Under the pieces are notes generated by a model. The model was not told the origin of the DNA and made no database searches. It worked only from the letters and a program-made list of their open reading frames with translations. Positions 18,835-27,770 of a stretch of 31,667 bases of DNA are shown here, in pieces. Origin of the DNA: a virus (Duplodnaviria > Caudoviricetes); IMG/VR virus record IMGVR_UViG_3300030376_001980, positions 1-31,667 of that record. One strand, 5' to 3'. The translations under genes and the position numbers were made by a program. How positions within the stretch are numbered: position 1 is the stretch's first letter; every line of letters starts with the position of its first letter.

Positions 18835-21800
18835 TGCTTATCCCCCCAACCCGCTGGCAATAGACTCATGTTGTCTTGAGATGGCATATGATTACTTTCA
18901 CCCTGATCGAAGAAGGATGACGGCAATAGCGAATAATCGTCATTGGCATTTTGTTGTGACTTTAGAACACGCCTTCTTGGGACATCAGGGTCAACCGTTT
19001 TTGGTGCGGTTAGGTAATTGATAGGGACACCCTCACGCATGTTGCCTGTAACAACTAGCGGTCCTTCTTTACCGGGCAATCCCTCGCCGGGATATGTGAG
19101 AGTCATGTCTTTGGTCGGCCAACTTCTCAATGCTTCTAGCATCTCCGGTGCAAACGCTTGATTGCCAATGTCACGCATAGCCAAGTCATCTTTTTGACCT
19201 AGCAATGGCTTCAGGTCTTTTAGACTTGTAGCATGTGCTGTCGAGCCTTCAATTGGTCTATACAACGGCCTTCCAATGGCCTCCCTATTGTTCAATGTTC
19301 TTGGTCCGCTTTGTAAAAACGAAAGGTCCCCTGTATCAAAAGTAGTAGTTGGCCCTCTTCCAATTGCGGGCCTTCCTTCAATTATTGTGCGTGAGTCCAT
19401 AGGTGAACGGCTGGTTCCGTAACCGGGCCTTGAAGTCGTTGGGGATTCACCCATTTCTTCTAGTATATTCTTGATTGAGATTACATCGCTCTTTCTGCCG
19501 GGTGTCGGCAGGCCTGACATTCCTTTGCCTGTCATCGTTTCAAATGATTGAGGATAGTTAGGGTGTATCAACTCTCCACTTTCATTCGTGGCAAATGGGT
19601 CAGGGTTCATTAGTTTATTTGTCATCTTTACGGGGGTTCCTTTGTAACTTTGCGCCAATGCTCTTTCAACAGCGGCGGCATATTCATCCTTCTTTTTACT
19701 TGTGTCCAAACCCGGAACATCATCTATATGAGAATATCCCGGTCCAGCAAATGTTCTGAACGCCGACATTCCAGTGGACTTTTTCTCCGCACCCATTGTC
19801 TTTATGGCATCGATTAACGCTTGAGGTTTGACTTCAGTTACTCGATAATCGGAGTTAGCAAATGAACCTCTCACTTGATCAAAAAAGTCCTGTTGTTCTT
19901 CCGGCGAAACATATGACTCTTCAAACTCCTTTATGTCTTGAATGTAACGATTTCGTTTCTTTTCATTTACCTTGCCAAAACTGTTCCAACCGCCACTTTC
20001 ATCCATTGATGCTAAATGGTCTTTCATTCCTTGCACATGTTTAGGCGACCCAAGTGTTTCCCCTTCGTGGAACATAGAACCATAAGCCTTTGTGGGCCTT
20101 CGCAATCCGGGCAATTCTGTTTGTCCTATGTTCAGCATTCTTGTTGAGTTTGGGTCTAAGATTTTCATTCCAACCGGGTCCCCTTCTTTGTTCCAATACA
20201 TGAATACAGTTTCATTAGTTGCTGATTTTCCTTTACCTCGTCTAAACTTTCGCCCTAGCGAAAGGCCCGCCAATATATCCGCTGGTTCTAGGATTGGAGG
20301 TTCAGATTCTAACTCATCAAAGTTGTAAAACTCCTCCGTTTCGCCTACTTTGTTGTAATGATCATTTCTCAACCGTTGTAAATCGGTTTGTCTTTCATAT
20401 GGTTGAATATCTTGATTTTCTAAAACCTCCTCATGCGTTGTGCGTGGGTCGCAGGTATTACAGCCTGTGCCATCACAGTTGAGGCATCGAGCCTCCGCCG
20501 CTTCTTCAGGCGACCTCGCACCAACGGATTCAGGTGTATCCATTGTATTGCTACGAATCAAACCCTCTAATTCCTCAAGAGTTTCATCATAATCCAAACC
20601 CATCTCTTGAGCAATGTCGTCATCTAACATGCGTTTAAGATGTTTAGCGGCCAACACATTCCCCGCTTCTGCTTCAGCCATGTAAATAGGCCAATACTTC
20701 TTTGCATTGCCCGCAAAAATTGTTGGGAAATCTTCAGCCTTGTCCGGCTCATCTTTTGGTTTATCGAGTATATCCGGCATCTCATTCATCATATCCCCAA
20801 TGGTAATACCATCTTCGGGACCAAGATCAGGACCGTCAACTAATTCTTCAACCTGTGACTCGTATGGCTTGTCATCACTGCCCCATTCTTCATCGATTTC
20901 AGGCATGTCTTCTTCGACATTGGCCGCATCCTGTATGGCTTCTTGAATGGTCTGTCTAGTGTCATCGCTAACCTTTGGCGGTTCAACCTTCGGGTCATCA
21001 ACTAAATCGTCAGCAACTTCAATAGGTTCGGTTTTACCAGTATCAGGATTATACTTTGAAGATGCCATCGTCTTTTCCTTTTCAGTCGGCGGCCTATTCA
21101 ATTGCAGGACTTTACCATCGAATGTGGCATCGCCTTCAAGCAACTTCTCCGCCTTCTTTTTGGTGATTTTGCTACCGATAATTGTGCCATCGCTGGCGAC
21201 CTGCCACATTCTCTTAGGCAATTCGACCTGTGCTTCCTCTTCAGCAACCTCTTCAGTTACTGTTTCAGTTTCGCCTCCTCCCCCAACAGGCACTAGGCCC
21301 AAAGCCTGCGCTAAAACATCAGCATCACCCTTAAACTCATCAGATTGAGTTATTGGTTTTATGACTTCTAACATCTCTTCAGCCGTAATTTTGGGCTTTT
21401 CCTCTTTGGGCGGTTCAGGTTCAGTTTCAGGTTCCATTGCCTTGAAACCTTCTTTAGCCGCTTTATCTTCAACGGACTCCTCTTCGGGTTCCTCTTCAAG
21501 AATTATTGGCCTAGATTCCTCTTCAGGTTCCTCTTCAGGTTCCTCTTCAGGCTCGGAGATAACATCAGCAACTTCTGTATTTGTTGCTTGAGGAATATCT
21601 GATACTAGAGGTTCCTCCTCCTTCTTTGACTTCTTATTCTTCTCGTTGGCCCTCATTGCCTGTTGAGATTCCACTTTGGTTCGGTTGACTTTATCGTTGT
21701 ATGCCTGAACCTTTTTCTGATCGACTTCAGCCTCTTCTTCATTAGCAACAACTACTGGGTCCTCATCATTATCATCGCCGTCTGTAATAACATCCTTTTC

Positions 21801-22112
21801 CTTATATGGTTCAGTTGTATTGACAACGGATTCGGGCTGTTCAACAACACCTTGCAGTGGTGCTTTTGAGTCAGTCCCGCCTATTGTGCGAACCGCTGGT
21901 GCAAGTGCCGCATTGCGTCTTGCCGTCATTGCCTCCAATGCGGCTGGCATTGCTCGTTGGCGTGCCTGCGCTTGTTTTCGGCCACGACCAAACGACTCAA
22001 AGAATCCCTTTTCTAACTCATCCCATGCGGCATCAAATGCTTCGTCATGCCTGTCGGATTGCTTACCCTCGGCTTTCAACAGCAGGAGGTCATACCTGTC
22101 TTCGCCTGCCAT
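18831..22112 (-). CDS. Very large acidic low-complexity protein, putative internal head/core protein
   Basis: Track gives 18831..22145; ATG 22112 has a GGAGA RBS. E/P/D-rich N-terminal half, CLNC...CNTC knuckle, LLLKA and AFDAAWDELEKG motifs at the N-terminus. Confidence 0.7.
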   Translation of the reverse strand: MAGEDRYDLLLLKAEGKQSDRHDEAFDAAWDELEKGFFESFGRGRKQAQARQRAMPAALEAMTARRNAALAPAVRTIGGTDSKAPLQGVVEQPESVVNTTEPYKEKDVITDGDDNDEDPVVVANEEEAEVDQKKVQAYNDKVNRTKVESQQAMRANEKNKKSKKEEEPLVSDIPQATNTEVADVISEPEEEPEEEPEEESRPIILEEEPEEESVEDKAAKEGFKAMEPETEPEPPKEEKPKITAEEMLEVIKPITQSDEFKGDADVLAQALGLVPVGGGGETETVTEEVAEEEAQVELPKRMWQVASDGTIIGSKITKKKAEKLLEGDATFDGKVLQLNRPPTEKEKTMASSKYNPDTGKTEPIEVADDLVDDPKVEPPKVSDDTRQTIQEAIQDAANVEEDMPEIDEEWGSDDKPYESQVEELVDGPDLGPEDGITIGDMMNEMPDILDKPKDEPDKAEDFPTIFAGNAKKYWPIYMAEAEAGNVLAAKHLKRMLDDDIAQEMGLDYDETLEELEGLIRSNTMDTPESVGARSPEEAAEARCLNCDGTGCNTCDPRTTHEEVLENQDIQPYERQTDLQRLRNDHYNKVGETEEFYNFDELESEPPILEPADILAGLSLGRKFRRGKGKSATNETVFMYWNKEGDPVGMKILDPNSTRMLNIGQTELPGLRRPTKAYGSMFHEGETLGSPKHVQGMKDHLASMDESGGWNSFGKVNEKKRNRYIQDIKEFEESYVSPEEQQDFFDQVRGSFANSDYRVTEVKPQALIDAIKTMGAEKKSTGMSAFRTFAGPGYSHIDDVPGLDTSKKKDEYAAAVERALAQSYKGTPVKMTNKLMNPDPFATNESGELIHPNYPQSFETMTGKGMSGLPTPGRKSDVISIKNILEEMGESPTTSRPGYGTSRSPMDSRTIIEGRPAIGRGPTTTFDTGDLSFLQSGPRTLNNREAIGRPLYRPIEGSTAHATSLKDLKPLLGQKDDLAMRDIGNQAFAPEMLEALRSWPTKDMTLTYPGEGLPGKEGPLVVTGNMREGVPINYLTAPKTVDPDVPRRRVLKSQQNANDDYSLLPSSFFDQGESNHMPSQDNMSLLPAGWGDKQ
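21516..21551. repeat. 12-bp tandem repeat x3 encoding (PEEE)3
   Basis: ttcctcttcagg occurs three times in tandem. Confidence 0.9.
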
Positions 22113-23109
22113 TGCGTAGCATCTCCGTAGTATTCCGTGCCTCATACCCCTTTCGCAATGCTATTACTCCATAAGCATCGTTTAATTCGTTTTGAAAATG
22201 AATGGATTTGCTAAAGTCGCCAGCCGCATATCTGCCTAATTTTTGACGGCCTTGGTTTCGCTGATATGCATTGTAACCAGCACGAAGCATACCCGAACCC
22301 CCTAATGTTAGAAAATTAGAGATAACTCCGGTTCCAAAACCACCTTTAGTATTCGCTTGTTGTTGAGCCTCTTGGATTTGAGCCGCTTGAGCCATTTCCT
22401 GTGGGCTACCCTTTGGTGCTTGTGCTTGTGCTTGTGCTTGTGGTTGTTGTTGATTCTGATTGTTCACTTGTTGCACTTTCTGATCAGCGGTCATTTGGTC
22501 TAAGTCAGGTGCAGGTTGAACCGCCGCCGCACCTGCCGCATCGACTTGTTGAGTTGTTTTGTTCGCATTATCTGTAACCTGCTGGGCAGTTTCACCCGGC
22601 ATAGGGGCCGGGTTTTTTGCGGCTACTGATTGATTTTGAAGGTTTGAAACTGCATTATCAGTCTTTACACCTTTTTGGCCTGCTGAAAGGTCCGCTTGGT
22701 CCTGCGGGGTTACTCCTGTTCTATTCTGCTGACCAGTCACCGCCAAATTGTCAAGGCCGGTTTTGGCCGCACTTCCCAATCTGATACCCGCCTTAACTGG
22801 GGCCATTAGTGTTTGACCCACCCTGCGAATCGCACCTCCTGCCTTTCCTTTCAATCCTTTTCCCGATATTGGTCCTTGACCACCGTAATAATCGCTAGCA
22901 CCATAATTTGACACAGCGGACATCATACCACTTGCTATGTCTTTAGCCCTGTTACCGGGCGTAGTAGCGACATAATTCTTGATAAGCAAATGATTTTCTG
23001 AACACCATTCAGCACTAACGCCATGTTCAGACATCAATTCGGCCTTCACCAAATCCGTCTTATCATCGATCAACTGTTCTTCTCTCGCTTTCAAAATTAA
23101 ATCATTCAT
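22090..23109 (-). CDS. Q/A/G-rich protein, putative ejection/internal virion protein
   Basis: 339 aa starting MNDLILKAR; Gly-rich amphipathic segments and a QAQAQA tract. Confidence 0.65.
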   Translation of the reverse strand: MNDLILKAREEQLIDDKTDLVKAELMSEHGVSAEWCSENHLLIKNYVATTPGNRAKDIASGMMSAVSNYGASDYYGGQGPISGKGLKGKAGGAIRRVGQTLMAPVKAGIRLGSAAKTGLDNLAVTGQQNRTGVTPQDQADLSAGQKGVKTDNAVSNLQNQSVAAKNPAPMPGETAQQVTDNANKTTQQVDAAGAAAVQPAPDLDQMTADQKVQQVNNQNQQQPQAQAQAQAPKGSPQEMAQAAQIQEAQQQANTKGGFGTGVISNFLTLGGSGMLRAGYNAYQRNQGRQKLGRYAAGDFSKSIHFQNELNDAYGVIALRKGYEARNTTEMLRNGRRRQV

Positions 23110-25009
23110 TGAAAATCACCTTTACTTCTTGGACTGTTTCGTGTGGAACATTAAATGACTTAGCAATGTCACGCCAGTCGCCACGACTATGGATAATTGC
23201 TGTTATATCGCTAGACGACTTCTTGAGTCGGCCAGCCACCATTGAAATGTCAATAGGTGAATTGGCATTCATAGGAGTTGTCACGGGCAATTCGGCTTTC
23301 GCTATGTCGATTTGAACCTGTTCAAGATAATGCTCTATCTGCTGTTTTTCAGTTTCAGACTTGCCAAAAAAACCACCGGGCAATAGGTTCCCATAAAGAC
23401 GACCTAGTGCTTCACCAGCAGTATCCATTATGCCTCGCCGTGTCGAGGGAGGAGATACCGCCCCTAAAGAATTATTCATTCCAACAGCGGGAGGGGGGTT
23501 TGTTGCTGGGTTCTTAGGAGGAGGGGATGCAAAAGCACCCGCACTTAGCGGAGGGGCGGATACTACATTGTCAACGGGGGGAGGAGAAGCGGTTGGATAT
23601 GTCATTGACATGCCCCCCTGTTGGGGGTTCATACCTTCGCCTTGAACCACTGTTTTTGTAGTATCATTTTGAGGCGGTTGTGAAGGCTGTTGTTGGTCAG
23701 ACGGTGGGGCCTGTGCTTGAGGGGTGGCAGTTGTTATTGAAGGTGCTACTGGCTTTGGCGTTCCTTGAGGAACCCAGTTAGGTGCGACACCGCCCGTTTG
23801 ATTCATGGTGGCATTTGCTAATGCATGATTCCAGCGTTGCCTAAATGTCCCTTCTTTTCGTTTTCCGGCATGTGCTTGGTCCCATACCCCGCTGGCTACT
23901 TCAGGACTAAAACCATACAGGTCTTGTAATGCCTTTTCACCCGTTGTCCTGCCGCCACCCGCCTGCGAATGGCCATTTTTACCGCCAATGTGAAGATTAT
24001 CAAACCAGCCCTGTCCATGCAATTCAGGATGCGCCCAACCTGACAAGTCTTGGCCCAATGGCGTATTCATCAATTGCTGGTCAGGAGTTGGGTCGCCAAC
24101 ACTGTCCACCTGTTGTGAAGACTCAACGGCCCGATTTTCAGGCGTGAACATTGCCGCATGGTCGGCATACTGACCATAGGTTTCTTCAAACGACCTATGA
24201 TGAATACCGCCTGTTACCTTCTTGAATGTCTTATTTTGCATCAATGCTTGATGCGCCGCTTGTGTTGGGTCTTGGCCCATTTGTTGAGCCACTGTCTGTG
24301 CCTCTTTGACAGTGTTCCATAATTCAACAAGAGCATTACCATCAGGGATTCTGATCGTATTACGATGAACCAAACCCGGATGTATTGTGTCATTGGTTTT
24401 CTTTCTATGCTGTGGGCCACTTTGACCCCTGCGTTCTTCTAATGCTTCGGAATATGGCCTTAACCATCCCTCTCCCTGCAAGTTTTTCTTACTCTTGATA
24501 TTAGTTACTAACTGTCTTGTCTGTGGGTCCCAAGGGTCAATGAAACGACCACCGCTTGATTGTTTAACATCGCTGACGGATAATGCATGAGGCTTATGCC
24601 CCCATTGAGCATCAACCTGATAGTCCTTGCCCATTATATTGCTAAACGGGGCGTTCATTCCATGTATGCCTCTCGACGCATTGATTACATTTTGTCTTTC
24701 AACAAGGCTATTGATTAACGGTGCGCCAGCCAAAACGCATCTTCTAAATGCATCCATGTATCTAGGATTGCTAGGACCCTCGTGGTATATCCTTGCTGTT
24801 TCCTCATCAACCAGTCCTTTTCTATATGCTTCATGAGCGGCATCGCCTTCAACCCCAGTAATTTCGGAATGATGAATATCATGATGAGAATCGTGGAGAG
24901 CCATCGTAGTTTCCGTCGGACTGTTAGAACCCAATGCCGCATTGATAAAATCCCATAGGTCGTGGACCCCTTCGCCCTTAACGATCAGAAAACGGTCAAG
25001 ATGCAACAT
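23102..25009 (-). CDS. Large hypothetical protein with Pro/Gln linker and C-terminal HTH-like domain
   Basis: 635 aa; N-terminal FLIVKG; C-terminal WRDIAKSFNVPHETVQEVK resembles an HTH. Confidence 0.65.
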   Translation of the reverse strand: MLHLDRFLIVKGEGVHDLWDFINAALGSNSPTETTMALHDSHHDIHHSEITGVEGDAAHEAYRKGLVDEETARIYHEGPSNPRYMDAFRRCVLAGAPLINSLVERQNVINASRGIHGMNAPFSNIMGKDYQVDAQWGHKPHALSVSDVKQSSGGRFIDPWDPQTRQLVTNIKSKKNLQGEGWLRPYSEALEERRGQSGPQHRKKTNDTIHPGLVHRNTIRIPDGNALVELWNTVKEAQTVAQQMGQDPTQAAHQALMQNKTFKKVTGGIHHRSFEETYGQYADHAAMFTPENRAVESSQQVDSVGDPTPDQQLMNTPLGQDLSGWAHPELHGQGWFDNLHIGGKNGHSQAGGGRTTGEKALQDLYGFSPEVASGVWDQAHAGKRKEGTFRQRWNHALANATMNQTGGVAPNWVPQGTPKPVAPSITTATPQAQAPPSDQQQPSQPPQNDTTKTVVQGEGMNPQQGGMSMTYPTASPPPVDNVVSAPPLSAGAFASPPPKNPATNPPPAVGMNNSLGAVSPPSTRRGIMDTAGEALGRLYGNLLPGGFFGKSETEKQQIEHYLEQVQIDIAKAELPVTTPMNANSPIDISMVAGRLKKSSSDITAIIHSRGDWRDIAKSFNVPHETVQEVKVIFNE

Positions 25010-25015
25010 TGATAA

Positions 25016-26317
25016 TCACCGCTTACTAACAATGTGTTCAACCAGTGAAGTATCATCAAACATTCTGTAAGCCTCTTTTTCAGGGTCCAAAGAGGTCATA
25101 CCTTTTGGGGCGGTTCCTTTGTCTTCTCCCGCTTGATTACCAATTTTCGCTTCTTGCCCGTGTTCAGGTGTGGACTTCTTCATGCGGTTTAGTTTGTTCA
25201 GCAATTGCTCAACTTTACGAAGCAATGATTTGACTTCAGCCCTATTCAAAGATGCCAAACCGCTGACAGCCTTAGACAATGCAGGCAATGCATCAGATGT
25301 TCCCAATGGGTCGCCAACCCCGCCCGGACTAATTCTCTCTCGGCGTGATGCCGATGCACGAGTCGGATTTGTTCCCATCTTTGGACTAGATGGCATTTTA
25401 GTTGAGGTTCCCTTTGTTCCACCAATGGTCCCCCCACGCCCGCCTGATGCTGATGTATCATAGTGATGTGAAAGTCCACGAGGCATTGCACCACGCTTTC
25501 TTCTTTCTCTCTCGTATGCCTTCTTTCTCTCCCATGCAACAGGGTCACGAAGTCTAAGAGGGATACCCTCCGTTCTAGTAGCACCTAGCATTCTTAATGG
25601 CAGGCTTTTCGTATTTGGGTTGAATGCCTGACGCTTTGAATATCGATTGAGGTTTCTCTCCGCTGATGCGGCACGCCTCTTTGTAGCGGACTTTATTTCA
25701 CGGCCACCACGAGCCGTCTTTTTGCCCTTTCCTTTTCGCTTCTTCTCACGCTTTCGCTTTTGTTTTGATTTGCGTTCATCCTCTTTGGATTCTTCATCCT
25801 CTTCGTATTTACGCCCTTTGAACCTTCGCTTGGCCTTGAGTAAAGCACCAGTCATTGAAAACGGCAAATCAATAGTTTTGCCAATGTCAGACTGATATGA
25901 GATTTGACCTGTTGGACTTCTGATCGGACCGACATTAGCACCAACCGCTTGAGATATACCACGACCTGCTAGACCCATGTCCACGCCTAAGCCGCTTTCT
26001 AACAACTCATTGGCCCCTTCGCCTTGGGGGGTCCTTGCGATTTCTTCATCGATTTTAGCGGGCTTCATTGAAATATGCGGTATCGCAGGTTCTAATTCCT
26101 CTATTGCACGCTTTCGCCTTTTCTTAGGGTCCGCTTGGTCTGTGCTTTCATAATCTTCAGGAGATTGACGGGTATGATGGGATAAACCATCAGAATCTTC
26201 ATTAGGATTAACATCATAGTCACCTAACATTTCACGGCCATTATAGCCGCCGGTAAACTCCTGTGTGCGAGGGGTCCACAGTGCTGGGTCACGAGGATTG
26301 GCGATTACCACGAGCAT
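25016..26317 (-). CDS. Protein with highly Lys/Arg-rich central region, putative DNA-condensing internal protein
   Basis: RKSKQKRKREKKRKGKGKK and further basic tracts begin after ALLKA. Confidence 0.65.
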   Translation of the reverse strand: MLVVIANPRDPALWTPRTQEFTGGYNGREMLGDYDVNPNEDSDGLSHHTRQSPEDYESTDQADPKKRRKRAIEELEPAIPHISMKPAKIDEEIARTPQGEGANELLESGLGVDMGLAGRGISQAVGANVGPIRSPTGQISYQSDIGKTIDLPFSMTGALLKAKRRFKGRKYEEDEESKEDERKSKQKRKREKKRKGKGKKTARGGREIKSATKRRAASAERNLNRYSKRQAFNPNTKSLPLRMLGATRTEGIPLRLRDPVAWERKKAYERERRKRGAMPRGLSHHYDTSASGGRGGTIGGTKGTSTKMPSSPKMGTNPTRASASRRERISPGGVGDPLGTSDALPALSKAVSGLASLNRAEVKSLLRKVEQLLNKLNRMKKSTPEHGQEAKIGNQAGEDKGTAPKGMTSLDPEKEAYRMFDDTSLVEHIVSKR

Positions 26318-26717
26318 CCCTCCTCATATTGTTATAATAATTCTGCACCTTGACGGGCAATGCCAAATACCAATGAGCCAAAGTTGGCGTTCTAGCATAT
26401 GACTTGGCCATAGACAACATGGATTGTTTCAAACCGTTCAGGACCTTTACTGCTTCGGTGAATGCAATCGCAGGACCACCTGATTCCATCAAGTCAACAA
26501 ACAGAAGTCTTGTATTCATCAAGTCGCCGTATATTGTCATAGCAACATCCTCTTGACCTTCTATGTCAAACGAATCCATTGCATCGTTCCATTCTTTAAC
26601 AACAAAGTCTAGTGCGTTCAAAAAACCAATCGCATCCACCGGAGAGTCAACAACACCATCGTGAAGAATCTCTTCATAGTTGGTGTCTTTGAGCATCAGG
26701 TCGTGGATTGTTTTCAT
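26289..26717 (-). CDS. Helical hypothetical protein
   Basis: Track gives 26289..26732; ATG 26717 follows a GGTGA RBS. Confidence 0.65.
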   Translation of the reverse strand: MKTIHDLMLKDTNYEEILHDGVVDSPVDAIGFLNALDFVVKEWNDAMDSFDIEGQEDVAMTIYGDLMNTRLLFVDLMESGGPAIAFTEAVKVLNGLKQSMLSMAKSYARTPTLAHWYLALPVKVQNYYNNMRRDARGNRQSS

Positions 26718-26728
26718 ATCGATCACCT

Positions 26729-27022
26729 TCACTCGTTACACGAACAGTTACCATTTGGAGGTCCATCAGGCCCATATTTCTCCGGTGTTTTTTGACCGCC
26801 GCATCGAATGCATGTATCATCTTCAGGCTCAAACCCTTTTACAACAGCCCAACCTGTGCGGAATGCACGCTCTTTAGATTTGAGAGCATTGTTACACTTC
26901 TTACAGGTATCACTCCCGCACCCGCCCCCGCATGATGAACAATTACCTTTACCGCAATAAGCCCAATTGTCTTGGTGCGAGTTATCCTCGCAATTCACTG
27001 TCGCACATTCATTTTTACTCAT
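26729..27022 (-). CDS. Small Cys-rich protein with AFRTGWAVVK motif
   Basis: 12 Cys; GGTGA RBS before ATG 27022 (track start 27031). Confidence 0.7.
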   Translation of the reverse strand: MSKNECATVNCEDNSHQDNWAYCGKGNCSSCGGGCGSDTCKKCNNALKSKERAFRTGWAVVKGFEPEDDTCIRCGGQKTPEKYGPDGPPNGNCSCNE

Positions 27023-27206
27023 GATATTCACCTTTTACAACAGCCCAACTAATTGTAAACGCTTTACTAATTCTTTCAACCGTAGCATTGCCGGGTGCAT
27101 GGTCAGCACACGGGCCACAGCATCTCATCTCCGTTTCTTCATTTTGAACGGTATGCGTTGCCTCGCCCGTGCAATCCTTATCTTTTCCTGATTCACATCT
27201 AGCCAT
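27015..27206 (-). CDS. Small Cys-rich protein with AFTISWAVVK motif
   Basis: 5 Cys; GGTGA RBS before ATG 27206 (track start 27215). Confidence 0.7.
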   Translation of the reverse strand: MARCESGKDKDCTGEATHTVQNEETEMRCCGPCADHAPGNATVERISKAFTISWAVVKGEYHE

Positions 27207-27211
27207 TTCAA

Positions 27212-27550
27212 TCACCTATACATTGGATGCACTGTATTACGAGTCCCACATTGAGGACACCTTTTGCCTTCCCATTCTTTGCCACTTAAAATATGACCGC
27301 AAACCCTGCATTCCATTGGGTTATCAGTCCATCCTGAATCTTCATCTTCATCCATGTCATCCCATGACTTCTTTGAGATTGTCCATCCTGTATCAAACGC
27401 CTTCTTGATTTTGGCCTTGTCTTTGTAGCAAGCACACATTGGTTCTTTTGAAGAACACTGCATCTTGCCGCCAGTCTTAGCCATCTTTTTCATGCAGGCG
27501 CATGGATTACTTTTTGTCGCACCACAGCAACAACTGTTTGCATCAGCCAT
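27212..27550 (-). CDS. Small Cys-rich protein with AFDTGWTISK motif and C-terminal zinc ribbon
   Basis: 12 Cys including CCC, CAC twice and CRVC...CPQC; likely ATG 27550 (track start 27562). Confidence 0.7.
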   Translation of the reverse strand: MADANSCCCGATKSNPCACMKKMAKTGGKMQCSSKEPMCACYKDKAKIKKAFDTGWTISKKSWDDMDEDEDSGWTDNPMECRVCGHILSGKEWEGKRCPQCGTRNTVHPMYR

Positions 27551-27770
27551 TTTTACCACCATCCTGTTTCACCACAGACCAACCTGTGCGGAATGCTCGG
27601 TCAAATGACTTTTTTGGATTATAGTCGCCACTTCCGACCCAACAATCTTGATTACAATAAGGCCCTTTCATGTCCTCTATGTGGTGTCCGAATTGGTGTT
27701 CTTCTTCATTCAAATGGGTTATGTGGATTGGTTTTCCACATTTTTTGCATGGTTGCTCATCTTCAGCCAT
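27543..27770 (-). CDS. Small zinc-finger protein with AFRTGWSVVK motif
   Basis: CKKC...YCNQDC; likely ATG 27770 (track start 27776). Confidence 0.7.
   Translation of the reverse strand: MAEDEQPCKKCGKPIHITHLNEEEHQFGHHIEDMKGPYCNQDCWVGSGDYNPKKSFDRAFRTGWSVVKQDGGKNG

Noticed and set aside
18831-22145. Tape measure protein
   Set aside because: Acidic Pro-rich composition and position upstream of terL do not fit a helical Ala/Gly-rich tape measure in the tail module.
26729-27562. Metallothionein annotation for the Cys-rich proteins
   Set aside because: Cys content is suggestive, but CxxC-pair spacing and the shared tag fit modular zinc fingers better; it cannot be supported from sequence alone.
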